NCBI GenBank assembly: GCA_036676495.1
Contig: JAKFCT010000062.1
Coordinates: forward strand, 1-37,680
Origin: Candidatus Sericytochromatia bacterium
GTDB lineage: Bacteria; Cyanobacteriota; Sericytochromatia; S15B-MN24; UBA4093
DNA length: 37,680 nucleotides
Direction of reading: 5' to 3'
Part shown: piece after piece, positions 26,056 through 35,632 of the stretch
Layout: every line of letters starts with the position of its first letter
How positions within the stretch are numbered: position 1 is the stretch's first letter
Program-made: the position numbers and the translations under genes
The notes under the pieces: model-generated
The model's input: the letters and a program-made list of their open reading frames with translations, nothing else
The model's database searches: none
What the model was told of the DNA's origin: nothing

Positions 26056-26127
26056 GGATTTCAAGCGCGCAGACTACGGATTTCCGGCCGGCGCCCTGAA
26101 ATCCGGGAGCGGGCGGCGTGGTAGGAT
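26056..26127 (+). promoter_or_regulatory. Candidate ggt promoter with repeated GGATTTC sites
   Basis: GGATTTC at 26056 and 26078. Dyad CGGATTTC-N13-GAAATCCG spans 26077-26105. Extended -10 TGGTAGGAT at 26119-26127. Confidence 0.4.
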
Positions 26128-26166
26128 GGATGCGCCTCGCTTACTTGCCTGGAAGGAGTCGTTCGC

Positions 26167-27909
26167 GTGAAGCACTCGATCGTGGCGCGATCCCTGGTCC
26201 TCGTCGGAATCGCTCTCGCCCCCTTGACCGCTCAGGCGGCATCGGCTCCCTGGCCTTACCCGGCCAAAGGAGAGCCGGTCCGGGGCTCGAAGGGCATGGT
26301 CTCTAGCGTCTCGCCCGTCGCCAGCCGCGTGGGCCTCGACATCCTCAAGCAGGGCGGCAATGCGGTCGACGCGGCGATCGCCGTCGGCCTCGCCATGGCC
26401 GTCACCTGGCCGGAGGCCGGCAACCTCGGCGGCGGCGGCTTCATGGTCGCGCGCGACGCCCAGGGCCGGGCCTACGCCCTCGACTACCGCGAGACCGCCC
26501 CGGCAGCCGCCACCCGCAACATGTTCCTCGACGCTAAGGGCAACCCCACCGACGCGAGCCTGACCCACCGCCTGGGAGCGGGCACGCCGGGAACCGTGCG
26601 GGGCTTCCACGAGGCGCATGCCAAGCTCGGCAAGCTCCCCTGGAAGACCCTCGTGGAGCCGGCCATCCGTCTCGCTCAGGAGGGCTTCGTGGTCGACCAG
26701 GGCCTGGCGAAGTCGTTTGCCACCTACCAGGACGATCTGCGCCGGGATCCCGAAGCCGCGCGGATCTTCCTATCGAACGGCAAGCCCTTGAAGGTCGGGG
26801 AGCGCCTCGTGCAGACCGAGCTCGCCGGCACCTTGCGCCTGATCGCGGATCTCGGCCCCGCGGGCTTCTACCAGGGCCGGACGGCTGAGCTGATCGACCG
26901 GGACATGGCCAATAACGGCGGCATCATGACCGCGAAGGACCTGGCCGACTACCGGGCCAAGTGGCGCGAGCCCATCCGCTTCACCTACCGGGGCCGCGAG
27001 ATCATCAGCATGCCCCCTCCCAGCTCCGGCGGCATCCTGCTCGCCCAGATCCTGTCCATGCTGGAAGGCGACGACCTCGCCAAGCTCGGCTACCACACCC
27101 CCGCGATGATGCACCTCGTCACTGAGGTCGAGCGCCGCGCCTACGCCGATCGCAACGCCTACCTGGGCGACCCCGACTTCGTGAAGAACCCGCTCGCCCA
27201 GCTGCTCGACCCGACTTACCTGCGTAACCGCCGTGCGACCGTCGATCGGAACCGGGCCACCCCCGAGTTCTCGACCCGGCCGGGCCTCACGGAGGCGAGC
27301 CTCAAGGAGGCGAACTTCACCGAGGTTCCCGAGACCACCCACTACGTGGTGGCGGATGCCCAGGGCAACGTGGTCAGCAACACCTACACGCTCAACGGCG
27401 CCTACGGTTCGGCCATCGTGGTGCCGGGCACCGGCATGCTCCTCAACAACGAGATGGACGACTTCGCCGTCAAGCCCGGAACCGCCAACCTCTACGGCCT
27501 GGTCCAGGGTGAGCGCAACGCCGTCGCCCCCAACAAGCGCATGCTGAGCTCGATGAGCCCGAGCATCGTCCTGGATGCGCAAGGCCGCTTCTACATGGCG
27601 GTCGGCACCCCGGGAGGCTCGACCATTCCCACCACGACCCTCCAGGTCATCACCAACGTCATCGACTTCGGCATGAATGCGCGCCAGGCCATCGAGGCCC
27701 CGCGCTTCCACCATCAGGGCCTTCCCCAGACCATCGACGTCGAAGCCAACGGCTTCGCCCCTCAGACCCTCAAGGCCCTGGAGGCCATGGGGCATCCCAT
27801 TCACGTCCGGGCCGCGCTGGGCGACGCTCAGCTGATCCTGCGCCGCCCGGACGGCACGTTCGAAGGCTGGGCGGATCCCCGCAAGGGAGGCCTCGCCGTC
27901 GGCTACTAG
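26167..27909 (+). CDS. ggt: Gamma-glutamyltranspeptidase
   Basis: Signal peptide, GGNAVDAAIA, GNLGGGGF, DYRETAP, autoprocessing site E-TTHY, LNNEMDDF, KRMLSSMSP and GTPGGSTI. GTG start with SD AAGGAG. Confidence 0.96.
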   Translation: MKHSIVARSLVLVGIALAPLTAQAASAPWPYPAKGEPVRGSKGMVSSVSPVASRVGLDILKQGGNAVDAAIAVGLAMAVTWPEAGNLGGGGFMVARDAQGRAYALDYRETAPAAATRNMFLDAKGNPTDASLTHRLGAGTPGTVRGFHEAHAKLGKLPWKTLVEPAIRLAQEGFVVDQGLAKSFATYQDDLRRDPEAARIFLSNGKPLKVGERLVQTELAGTLRLIADLGPAGFYQGRTAELIDRDMANNGGIMTAKDLADYRAKWREPIRFTYRGREIISMPPPSSGGILLAQILSMLEGDDLAKLGYHTPAMMHLVTEVERRAYADRNAYLGDPDFVKNPLAQLLDPTYLRNRRATVDRNRATPEFSTRPGLTEASLKEANFTEVPETTHYVVADAQGNVVSNTYTLNGAYGSAIVVPGTGMLLNNEMDDFAVKPGTANLYGLVQGERNAVAPNKRMLSSMSPSIVLDAQGRFYMAVGTPGGSTIPTTTLQVITNVIDFGMNARQAIEAPRFHHQGLPQTIDVEANGFAPQTLKALEAMGHPIHVRAALGDAQLILRRPDGTFEGWADPRKGGLAVGY

Positions 27910-27930
27910 CATCGACCGGGTATCGCAATC

Positions 27931-27971
27931 ACGCCGGGGGCGGATCGGAGACGATCCGCCCCCGGCGTCTT
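27931..27971 (+). terminator. Hairpin after ggt
   Basis: Perfect 17-bp stem with a GAGA loop; only a weak U-tail. Confidence 0.6.
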
Positions 27972-28282
27972 GGCGCCCTCCCGCTTCGCGGATGTTCTCC
28001 AAGATCCGGGTAGCTATTACGGACGATGGGAACTGCTGAGATCGGCATACTAACGACTATTGAGGCGGATCATCAGTCGCTGCTTCAATTGGCTCGCGGT
28101 TTTCCGACGGCTAACACTCTCCTTGTCGCCTGCCGCCTGACGCTCTCGAGCCCCCCTCTGCCTCGTGCCGAGGGTCATGGCGGAATCTCCCGGTGGGCGG
28201 TCGCCCTCCGGAGCTCATAGCAAGGCAACGAAGGTATCGCGGGCAGCGTTGCCCGCGAGCCGCAACCAAGGAGGTCCACCGT

Positions 28283-29446
28283 ATGGCACTGGCCGATCAA
28301 ACCTATGGATTCTTCATCCCCACGGTCTCGTTGATGGGCGTCGGCTCGTCCAAGGAGACCGGTGAGCAGGCCAAGGCGCTGGGCGCCACCAAGCTGCTCA
28401 TCGTCACGGACGCGGGTCTCGCCAAGATGGGCGTCGCCGACATGATCAAGGCGCAGCTGGAAGCGGCGGGCCTCTCGGCGGTCGTCTTCGACGGCGCGGA
28501 GCCCAACCCCACCGACAAGAACGTCCATGACGGCGTGAAGGTCTACCAAGACAATGGTTGCGACGGCATCGTCTCGCTCGGGGGCGGCAGCGCCCACGAC
28601 TGCGCGAAGGGGGTCGGCCTGGTCATCGGCAGCGGCGGCAACATCCGCGACTTCGAGGGCCTCAACAAGTCCACCCGGCCGATGCCTCCGTTCCTCGCCA
28701 TCAACACCACCGCCGGGACCGCCAGCGAGATGACGCGCTTCTGCATCATCACCAACACCGACACCCACGTGAAGATGGCCATCGTCGACTGGCGCTGCAC
28801 CCCGAACATCGCCATCAACGACCCGGTCCTGATGGTCGGCAAGCCCCCGGCGCTGACCGCCGCCACCGGCATGGACGCGCTCACCCACGCCGTGGAGGCC
28901 TACGTCTCCACGGCGGCCACGCCCATCACCGACGCCTGCGCCCTTCAGGCCATCCGCCTGATCTCCAAGTACCTGCGGCCCGTGGTCGCCAACGGCCAGA
29001 ACCTCGAAGCGCGCGACAAGATGGCCTACGCCGAGTATCTCGCCGGCATGGCCTTCAACAACGCCAGCCTCGGCTACGTCCACGCCTGCGCGCACCAGCT
29101 GGGCGGCTTCTACAACCTCCCGCACGGGGTCTGCAACGCCATCCTGCTGCCGGCGGTCTGCGAGTTCAACCTGATCGCCTGCCCGGATCGCTTCGCCGAC
29201 ATCGCCGTGGCCCTGGGCGAGAACGTCGAAGGCCTCTCGACGGTGGACGCGGCGGCCAAGGCGATCGCCGCCATCCGCAAGCTCTCCGCCGACATCGGCA
29301 TCCCCTCCGGCCTATCGTCCCTGAACGTCAAGGAGGAAGACCTCCCCGTCATGGCCGAGAACGCCCAGAAGGACGCCTGCATGGCGACCAACCCCCGCAA
29401 GGCAAACCTGAACGAGGTCATCGGCCTCTTCAAGGCAGCCATGTAA
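28283..29446 (+). CDS. Iron-containing (group III) NAD-dependent alcohol dehydrogenase
   Basis: SD AAGGAGGT. Motifs EPNPT, GGGSAHD, NTTAGTASE, GMDALTHA.E, H..AHQLGG and PHG metal ligands. Confidence 0.95.
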   Translation: MALADQTYGFFIPTVSLMGVGSSKETGEQAKALGATKLLIVTDAGLAKMGVADMIKAQLEAAGLSAVVFDGAEPNPTDKNVHDGVKVYQDNGCDGIVSLGGGSAHDCAKGVGLVIGSGGNIRDFEGLNKSTRPMPPFLAINTTAGTASEMTRFCIITNTDTHVKMAIVDWRCTPNIAINDPVLMVGKPPALTAATGMDALTHAVEAYVSTAATPITDACALQAIRLISKYLRPVVANGQNLEARDKMAYAEYLAGMAFNNASLGYVHACAHQLGGFYNLPHGVCNAILLPAVCEFNLIACPDRFADIAVALGENVEGLSTVDAAAKAIAAIRKLSADIGIPSGLSSLNVKEEDLPVMAENAQKDACMATNPRKANLNEVIGLFKAAM

Positions 29447-29459
29447 CCCGGTCCTCCAT

Positions 29460-29493
29460 CGGGGCGCCTCCTGAACGGGAGGCGCCCCGTTTC
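29460..29493 (+). terminator. Intrinsic terminator after the alcohol dehydrogenase
   Basis: 12-bp stem CGGGGCGCCTCC/GGAGGCGCCCCG followed by TTTC. Confidence 0.7.
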
Positions 29494-29596
29494 ATCTCCC
29501 GCCCCGAGGCTTGAAAAGCTTAGGGAAGATTTAAACCGTTTCCGGGGATAAGGATCTTGACAACGGAGGACGTACCTCAATGAGGAGGTGGTCACG

Positions 29597-29839
29597 ATGT
29601 TCGACGCCTTCATTCGGTTCGCCAACGGCATCATCAGCCACGAAGCTTCCAATCACGGAGGCGGGAGCGGCGGGCAGCCTGGCTCACGGGGGCGAGATCC
29701 CCAGCCGCCCCCTGAAGACGCGCCCTTGGAGGATCTGCACCTCGAGGCGGATTCCCTGACCATCAGCCGGGCTTTCTGGCGCGCGCATCTGCTGCCACCG
29801 GACGCCGGAGACGGCTCCCGTGAGACCCGAGCCCCCTGA
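29597..29839 (+). CDS. Small hypothetical protein (80 aa)
   Basis: Strong SD GAGGAGGT before ATG 29597. Codon usage in the 5' part is host-like. No recognisable domain. Confidence 0.55.
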   Translation: MFDAFIRFANGIISHEASNHGGGSGGQPGSRGRDPQPPPEDAPLEDLHLEADSLTISRAFWRAHLLPPDAGDGSRETRAP

Positions 29840-30054
29840 CGCCTCCCCCGGAACCTCCTCCGCATGCTCGGCCGCCTTCCCGAGGGGCCGCGCCCGCGGC
29901 CTCGCTCGCCGTGCGCCTCCTGTCGGTCTCCCTCCTGGAATCGGTAGTCGCTCCGCTTGACGAGCGGGCTCGGAAATTCCATGGTAGAACCTGCACCATG
30001 GGCTTCCGCGCCCGCTCATCGACAAGATTATCGACTGCATCGAAGGAGGACGTC

Positions 30055-30546
30055 ATGACCCCCCAAAAAGCGACCATGACCATGGATATCGGGATCTCGG
30101 AGCCGGAGCGCGAGGCGATCGCACAGGGGCTTAGCCGTCTTCTGGCCGACACCTACACGCTCTACCTCAAGACCCATAACTTCCACTGGAACGTCACGGG
30201 ACCCATGTTCCAGACGCTTCATCTCATGTTCGAGACCCAGTACAACGAGTTGGCGCTGGCGGTCGATCTCATCGCCGAGCGCATCCGGGCGCTGGGCTTC
30301 CCCGCTCCCGGCACTTACGCGGAGTTCGGGCGCCTCAGCTCCATCGCCGAGACCACGGGCGTACCCAAGGCGCAAGACATGATCCGCCTGCTGGTCGAGG
30401 GCCAGGAAGCCGTGATCCGGACGGCGCGTTCGGTCTTCCCGCTCGCGGACAAGGCGTCGGATGAGCCGACGGCCGATCTGCTCACCCAGCGGTTGCAGGT
30501 CCACGAGAAGACGGCGTGGATGCTCCGGAGCCTCCTGGAGGCCTAG
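30055..30546 (+). CDS. dps: Dps ferritin-like DNA protection protein
   Basis: [20 protein letters not shown] and [11 protein letters not shown] ferroxidase signatures; [17 protein letters not shown]. Confidence 0.96.
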   Translation: MTPQKATMTMDIGISEPEREAIAQGLSRLLADTYTLYLKTHNFHWNVTGPMFQTLHLMFETQYNELALAVDLIAERIRALGFPAPGTYAEFGRLSSIAETTGVPKAQDMIRLLVEGQEAVIRTARSVFPLADKASDEPTADLLTQRLQVHEKTAWMLRSLLEA

Positions 30547-30555
30547 ACACTCTCT

Positions 30556-30593
30556 GACGTCGCCCGCGGGCCCTCGGCCTCGCGGGCGACGTC
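30556..30593. terminator. Hairpin between convergent dps and fhs
   Basis: Perfect 13-bp stem GACGTCGCCCGCG/CGCGGGCGACGTC; no clear U-tract on either side. Confidence 0.55.
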
Positions 30594-30604
30594 TCTCCAA
30601 GCGC

Positions 30605-32296
30605 CTAGAAGAGCCCTTCGATCCGGCCGTCGGCGTCGATGTCGATTCGCATCGCCGCGGGCACGACCGGCATGCCGGGCATGGTCATCATCTCGCCGGC
30701 GAGGGCCACGACGAAGCCCGCGCCCGCCGAGGGGCGCACCTCGCGGATCGTCAGCCTCCAGCCCGTCGGGGCCCCCAGCAGCTTTGGATCGTCGGTGAAC
30801 GAGTACTGGGTCTTGGCGATGCAGACCGGAGCCTGGGCGAAGCCTTCGGCCTGAAGCCGGTCCAGCATCCGCTTCGCCTCGCGCGTGAAGTCCACGCCGT
30901 CCGCCCCGTAGACCTTGCATGCGACCTTGGATAGCTTCTCCTCGAGCGAATCGTCGTCCTCGTACACGAAGCGCATGGTCGAGGGCCGCTCGCAGAGCTC
31001 CACGACATGCTGCGCCAGGTCCACGCCTCCCGCGCCTCCTTGGGCGAAGACGTCGGTCTCGACCAAGTCGCAGCCTTCCTCGGCGGCGATCATGCGGATC
31101 AGCGCGATCTCGGCCGGGGTATCGGAGGGGAAGCGGTTGAGCGCGACCACGCAGGGCAGGCCATAGACCTGGGTGACGTTGCGGAGGTGACGCCGTAGGT
31201 TGGCGGCTCCGCGCGAGACGGCCTCCAGGTTCTCGAGGCTCAGCGATTCCTTGGGAACGCCGCCGTTCATCTTGATGGAGCGCATCGTGGCGACCAGGAC
31301 GGCGGCGGAGGGGCGGAAGCCGCCCATGCGGCACTTGATGTCGATGAACTTCTCGGCGCCGAGATCCGCGCCGAAGCCGGCTTCGGTGACGACGTAATCG
31401 GCCAGCTTGAGGGCCAGCCGGGTGGCCGCCACGGAATTGCAGCCATGGGCGATGTTTCCGAAGGGGCCGCCGTGAAGGATGGCGGGGCTTTGCTCGAGGG
31501 TCTGCACGAGGTTGGGCTTGATGGCTTCCTTGAGGAGCACGGCCATGGCGCCTTCCGCTCCGAGGTCGCGCGCCCGGACGGGACGATCGTCGAAGGTGTA
31601 GCCCAAAAGGATCTCGCCGCAGCGGCGCTTGAGGTCCATCAGGTCGGTGGCGAGGCAGAGGGCGGCCATGACCTCGGAGGCGGCGGTGATCATGAACTCG
31701 TCCTGGCGGGGGACCGAGTTCAGGCGGCCGCCCAGGCCGACGACGGCCTGGCGCAGGGCGCGGTCGTTCATGTCGAGGACGCGCTTGAAGGTGATCCGGC
31801 GGGGATCGAGGCCCAGGGCGTTGCCGTGATGGAGGTGGTTGTCGATCATGGCGGCGAGCAGGTTGTTGGCGGTGGTGATGGCGTGGAAGTCGCCGGTGAA
31901 GTGCAGGTTGATGTCCTCCATGGGGACGACCTGGGAGTAGCCGCCGCCGGCGGCTCCACCCTTGATGCCGAAGCCGGGGCCGAGGGAGGGTTCGCGGACG
32001 GCGATCAGGGAGCGCAGGCCGAGGCTTTGCATGGCCTGTCCGAGCCCGACGGTGACGGTGGTCTTGCCTTCTCCGGCGGGGGTCGGGGAGATCGCCGTGA
32101 CCAAAATCAGCTTGCCGTCAGGACGCTCCTTGAGCCGCTCCCAGACATGGGGAGCGATCTTGGCCTTGTACTTGCCGTAGAGTTCGAGGTCGTCGGGCTC
32201 CAGGCCGATCCGGGCGGCCACCTCGGTGATGGGGGCCAGCACGGCCTCCTGGGCGATCGCGATGTCAGAGCGCATGGGCGTGGAGTCGACGGACAT
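30605..32296 (-). CDS. fhs: Formate--tetrahydrofolate ligase
   Basis: [67 protein letters not shown] and MTMPG. SD GGGAGG. Confidence 0.97.
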   Translation of the reverse strand: MSVDSTPMRSDIAIAQEAVLAPITEVAARIGLEPDDLELYGKYKAKIAPHVWERLKERPDGKLILVTAISPTPAGEGKTTVTVGLGQAMQSLGLRSLIAVREPSLGPGFGIKGGAAGGGYSQVVPMEDINLHFTGDFHAITTANNLLAAMIDNHLHHGNALGLDPRRITFKRVLDMNDRALRQAVVGLGGRLNSVPRQDEFMITAASEVMAALCLATDLMDLKRRCGEILLGYTFDDRPVRARDLGAEGAMAVLLKEAIKPNLVQTLEQSPAILHGGPFGNIAHGCNSVAATRLALKLADYVVTEAGFGADLGAEKFIDIKCRMGGFRPSAAVLVATMRSIKMNGGVPKESLSLENLEAVSRGAANLRRHLRNVTQVYGLPCVVALNRFPSDTPAEIALIRMIAAEEGCDLVETDVFAQGGAGGVDLAQHVVELCERPSTMRFVYEDDDSLEEKLSKVACKVYGADGVDFTREAKRMLDRLQAEGFAQAPVCIAKTQYSFTDDPKLLGAPTGWRLTIREVRPSAGAGFVVALAGEMMTMPGMPVVPAAMRIDIDADGRIEGLF

Positions 32297-32455
32297 GGGG
32301 CCTCCCCTTTCAATCGGTAGCGCGCATCCGTCAGCCTGCCACAGCCAAAGCGGCTTGGCAACCGTGATTCATGGGGATTTTCGGAGATAGGCATGAACGT
32401 GGGGCGGGCCTCTGCGCCCGCCTGTGGCAGTGCCGAGGGGTGATGCGGGCAGGAT

Positions 32456-34039
32456 TCAGAAGGGCTCGGCGAGGTAATGTCGGATCTCGGGGGGGCGATC
32501 GCCCGTGTGGAAGGCCCAAGCGCGCGCTTCGGCCTCGCGATCGGCCTGGGTGGGACGCTGGTGCAGGCGCATGTGGGAGAGCCAGGACTCGTCGAAGAAG
32601 ATCTCGACGTAGCGCGCGTCGTCGTTGGGATCCCGCAGGAGGTTCCAGCGCAGGGCTCCGTTGCGGAGGCGGAGGCGGCGCACCTCGCGCATGGCGGCGC
32701 GGAACTCGGCGCTGCGGCTGGGATCGATCTGGTAGGTGATGGTGACGACGACGGGGCCTTCCTCGGGGGCGGGCTGGGTGACGAGGATCGGCTCGGGCCA
32801 GTGGAGGGAGGGGCTGAGATCCTGGCGTTCGATGGCGTCGAGCCGGAAGCGTGCGACCAGGAGCAGGGAGGCGAGCAGTCCGAGGCCGGCGGCGAGCAGG
32901 GCGACGCGGAGGCTGGTGGCCTCGGCGAGGGCGCCCCAGAGGGGGCTTCCCAGGGAGAGCGTGCCGAAGACGACGAGCAGGTAGAGGGCCATGGTCCGGC
33001 CGCGGACCCAGGGGGGGACGGCCCATTGGACGCTGGTGTTGAAGCTCGAGAGGATGAGCAGCCATGCGCCTCCGGCGGCCAGCATGGCGAGTCCCGAGAG
33101 CCAGAGTGAGGGGCTCAGGCCCAGGGCGCCCATGGCGAGGGCGTAGAGGACGATTCCCCGGTTCAAGAGCGTGTCGAGCGAGGTCCTGAGGCGCAGTTGC
33201 GGCATCACGAAGGCGCCAAGCACGGCTCCGGTGCCGAAGAAGCCCAGGAGGATGCCGTAGCCGGTGGGGCCGGTGCCGAGGCTATGGCGGGCGATGAGGG
33301 GGATGAGCGCCCAGAGGGCGCTGGCGAAGAGGATGAAGGCCCCGGCCCGGGCCAGGACGATCCGGATGGCCGGGGAGTGCCAGGCGTAGCGCAGCCCGTT
33401 GCGCATGGCCGCTCCCATGCGTTCGGCGGGAAGGGGGGCGGGCTCGGTGGGTTTCGGCCAGCCGAAGACGGTGGTGATCATGGCCAGGAACGAGGCGGCA
33501 TTGAGCAAGAAGGTGATGCCCGCCCCCACGAAGGCGACGACGAGGCCTCCCAGGGCGGGGCCGGCGGCGCGGGCGAGGTTGAAGCCCGCAGAGTTGAGGG
33601 TGATGGCTTCGCTGAGCTCGTCGCGCGGCACCAGTTCGGGCACGATGGCCTGCAGGGCCGGGGCGTTGAGGGCGGCGCCGGCTCCCAGCGCGAAGGTGAG
33701 GCCCAAGAGCGCCATGGGAGTGGTGTGTTCGGTGAGGGTGAGGATGCCGAGCAGCAGCGCGGCGACGAGCATCCAGGTCTGGGTGACGAGGATCAGCGTT
33801 CGCCGGTCGACGACATCGGCCAGGGCTCCGGCGAAGAGCGAGAGGAAGAAGGTTGGGAGGTTGACGGCGGTCTGGACCAGGGCGACGAGGACGGGGGAGG
33901 TCGAGAGGGTGGTCATCAGCCAGGCGGCGCCGACGCTCTGCATCATCGTGCCGAAGTTCGACACCAAGGAGGCCAGCCAGAAGCCGCGGAACGCGGGGTG
34001 GCGGAGCGGGTGCCAAAGAGGAGGAGCGGAGTTCGGCAT
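32456..34039 (-). CDS. MFS transporter with C-terminal soluble extension (DUF894/MFS_3-like)
   Basis: PLRHPAFRGFW...SNFG..MQ.VGAAWLM, motif A GALADVVDRR, FNLARA.GPALGG. C-terminal HWPEP..GPVVVT..Y..RLRNGA..W..H.R.H.R domain. True start is ATG 34039 with SD GGGAGG. Confidence 0.9.
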   Translation of the reverse strand: MPNSAPPLWHPLRHPAFRGFWLASLVSNFGTMMQSVGAAWLMTTLSTSPVLVALVQTAVNLPTFFLSLFAGALADVVDRRTLILVTQTWMLVAALLLGILTLTEHTTPMALLGLTFALGAGAALNAPALQAIVPELVPRDELSEAITLNSAGFNLARAAGPALGGLVVAFVGAGITFLLNAASFLAMITTVFGWPKPTEPAPLPAERMGAAMRNGLRYAWHSPAIRIVLARAGAFILFASALWALIPLIARHSLGTGPTGYGILLGFFGTGAVLGAFVMPQLRLRTSLDTLLNRGIVLYALAMGALGLSPSLWLSGLAMLAAGGAWLLILSSFNTSVQWAVPPWVRGRTMALYLLVVFGTLSLGSPLWGALAEATSLRVALLAAGLGLLASLLLVARFRLDAIERQDLSPSLHWPEPILVTQPAPEEGPVVVTITYQIDPSRSAEFRAAMREVRRLRLRNGALRWNLLRDPNDDARYVEIFFDESWLSHMRLHQRPTQADREAEARAWAFHTGDRPPEIRHYLAEPF

Positions 34040-34123
34040 GGGGCCTCCCGAAGTCAGGCGCCAAAGTGAAGGGCTCTTCCAGCTTGGCTCCGGAGGCTCC
34101 GGGGGGCAAGGTGCAGGAGGGGC

Positions 34124-34167
34124 AAAAAAACCCCGGCCCGCCATGGAGACTCCATGGCGGGCCGGGG
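34124..34167 (-). terminator. Intrinsic terminator after the TetA-like MFS gene
   Basis: 17-bp perfect stem followed by T7 on the minus strand. Confidence 0.9.
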
Positions 34168-34179
34168 GCGCGGATCGGA

Positions 34180-35427
34180 TCAGGCCTGCGGCAAGGGGAC
34201 CGGGGCCGGGGTCGTCGGGTGCTTCGCGAACTGCCGGAGGGTGTTGAAGAGGCCCAGCACGAGGAGGGCGGCGCCGACGAAGAAGGAGATGCCGGGCAGG
34301 GCGATGGCCGTGTTCGGAGCGGTGAAGTGGGCGAAGAGGCTGCTCGCCATGAGAGGGGCGACGATGCCGGTCGCGCTCATGAGGCTGGCGAGGGCGCCCT
34401 GGACCGCGCCTTGCTCGTCGGGGTTGACCTGGCTTGCGATCAGGCCCTGGATGGCGGGGCCCGCGATGCCTCCGAGCGCTCCGAGGGCGATCACGGCGTA
34501 CATCATCCAGCCCTGGGTGGCCAGGCCGTAGAGCACGAAGGCGACGGCGCTGATCCCGAGCCCCCAGAGGACCGACTGGCGCTCTCCCAGCTTCGGCACG
34601 ATCACGCGGATCAGGCCTCCCTGCACGAGGGCCGAGGCGACGCCGACGAAGGCCAGGGCGAGGCCGTTCTGGCCGGGGTTCCAGTGGAAGCGGTACTCCG
34701 TGAAGAGGACCCAGACGCTGTGAAGGCTGTTCTGGGCCAGGCTGGTCAGCAGCAGGGTCATGGCCAGCCCCATGACGACCGGGTAGCGCTTCAAGAGGCC
34801 GATCCACGAGAAGGGGTTGGCCTTCGACAGGGTGAAGGGGCGGCGGTTCTCGCTGCGGTGGGATTCCGGCACGGCCATGAGGCCGTAGACGGCGTTGACC
34901 AGGGAGACGGCGGCGGCGGCGTAGAAGGGCAGGCGCAGGTCGAGGTTGCCCAGGAGGCCGCCGAGGGCTGGCCCGAAGATGAAGCCGAGGCCGAAGGCGG
35001 CGCCCAAGAGGCCGAAGTTCTGGGCGCGGGTCTCGGGGGTGGAGACGTCCGCGATGTAGGCCGAGGCGACGGTCAGGCTGGCTCCGGCGATGCCGGCGAG
35101 GGCGCGGGCGGCGAAGAGCCAGATGAGAGAGGGGGAGAGGGCCATCATCAGGTAGCTGACGGCGGATCCTGCCAGCGAGAGGAGCAGGATGGGCTTGCGG
35201 CCCACCTGGTCGGAGAGGGCTCCCAGCCCCGGGGCGCAGATGAACTGCATGAGGGTGTAGATGGTGAAGAGCGCTCCGTAGTAGCGCGCCGCCGCGGTGG
35301 GATCGGCGGTCAGCGTCTGCACCAGTTGCGGCAGGATCGGGATGATCAGCCCGATGCCCATGACGTCCAGGAGCAGGGTCACGAAGATGAAGCCCAGACC
35401 GGTCGGGGCCTTTTTAGTCGACGGCAT
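34180..35427 (-). CDS. TCR/Tet family (DHA1) MFS efflux transporter
   Basis: [14 protein letters not shown], motif [19 protein letters not shown]...RAQNFG and motif [11 protein letters not shown]. Start at ATG 35427. Confidence 0.92.
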   Translation of the reverse strand: MPSTKKAPTGLGFIFVTLLLDVMGIGLIIPILPQLVQTLTADPTAAARYYGALFTIYTLMQFICAPGLGALSDQVGRKPILLLSLAGSAVSYLMMALSPSLIWLFAARALAGIAGASLTVASAYIADVSTPETRAQNFGLLGAAFGLGFIFGPALGGLLGNLDLRLPFYAAAAVSLVNAVYGLMAVPESHRSENRRPFTLSKANPFSWIGLLKRYPVVMGLAMTLLLTSLAQNSLHSVWVLFTEYRFHWNPGQNGLALAFVGVASALVQGGLIRVIVPKLGERQSVLWGLGISAVAFVLYGLATQGWMMYAVIALGALGGIAGPAIQGLIASQVNPDEQGAVQGALASLMSATGIVAPLMASSLFAHFTAPNTAIALPGISFFVGAALLVLGLFNTLRQFAKHPTTPAPVPLPQA

Positions 35428-35632
35428 GTGGTTCTCCGGAAGCGAGGGGGAGCCCCGCGGGAGCCCCGGGGCGCATGTCCATGCTGGATCGCGGAAGCCA
35501 TCTTGGCAAGGGGGTTTCGCGCTCGGGAGGAGGGAGCGCCGGGGCCTGGGGACCCGGCGGGACCATGCTTGGCCATGCTGTCCATTGCCGTCGCGATCGC
35601 GGAGCGGGATAACGGGTCTGGAGGAAACGCCC

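Noticed and set aside
28026-28220. 64-aa ORF upstream of the alcohol dehydrogenase
   Set aside because: Weak SD and atypical codons; more likely promoter/leader DNA.
29530-29839. FlgM-like anti-sigma factor with a sigma-28 promoter (DSLTIS motif; TAAA...GATAA)
   Set aside because: Promoter spacing is too short and the FlgM C-terminal motif is absent.
32297-32455. ZTP or THF riboswitch upstream of fhs
   Set aside because: Consensus elements such as GACTGGCG...CGCCTGGGC are not present; kept only as an unclassified structure.
34040-34807. N-terminal extension of the 783-aa MFS ORF
   Set aside because: It runs through a strong terminator and out of frame over the Tet-like gene; the real start is 34039.
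34180-35427. Bona fide tetA resistance determinant
   Set aside because: Only family-level similarity; no divergent tetR and no mobile-element context.
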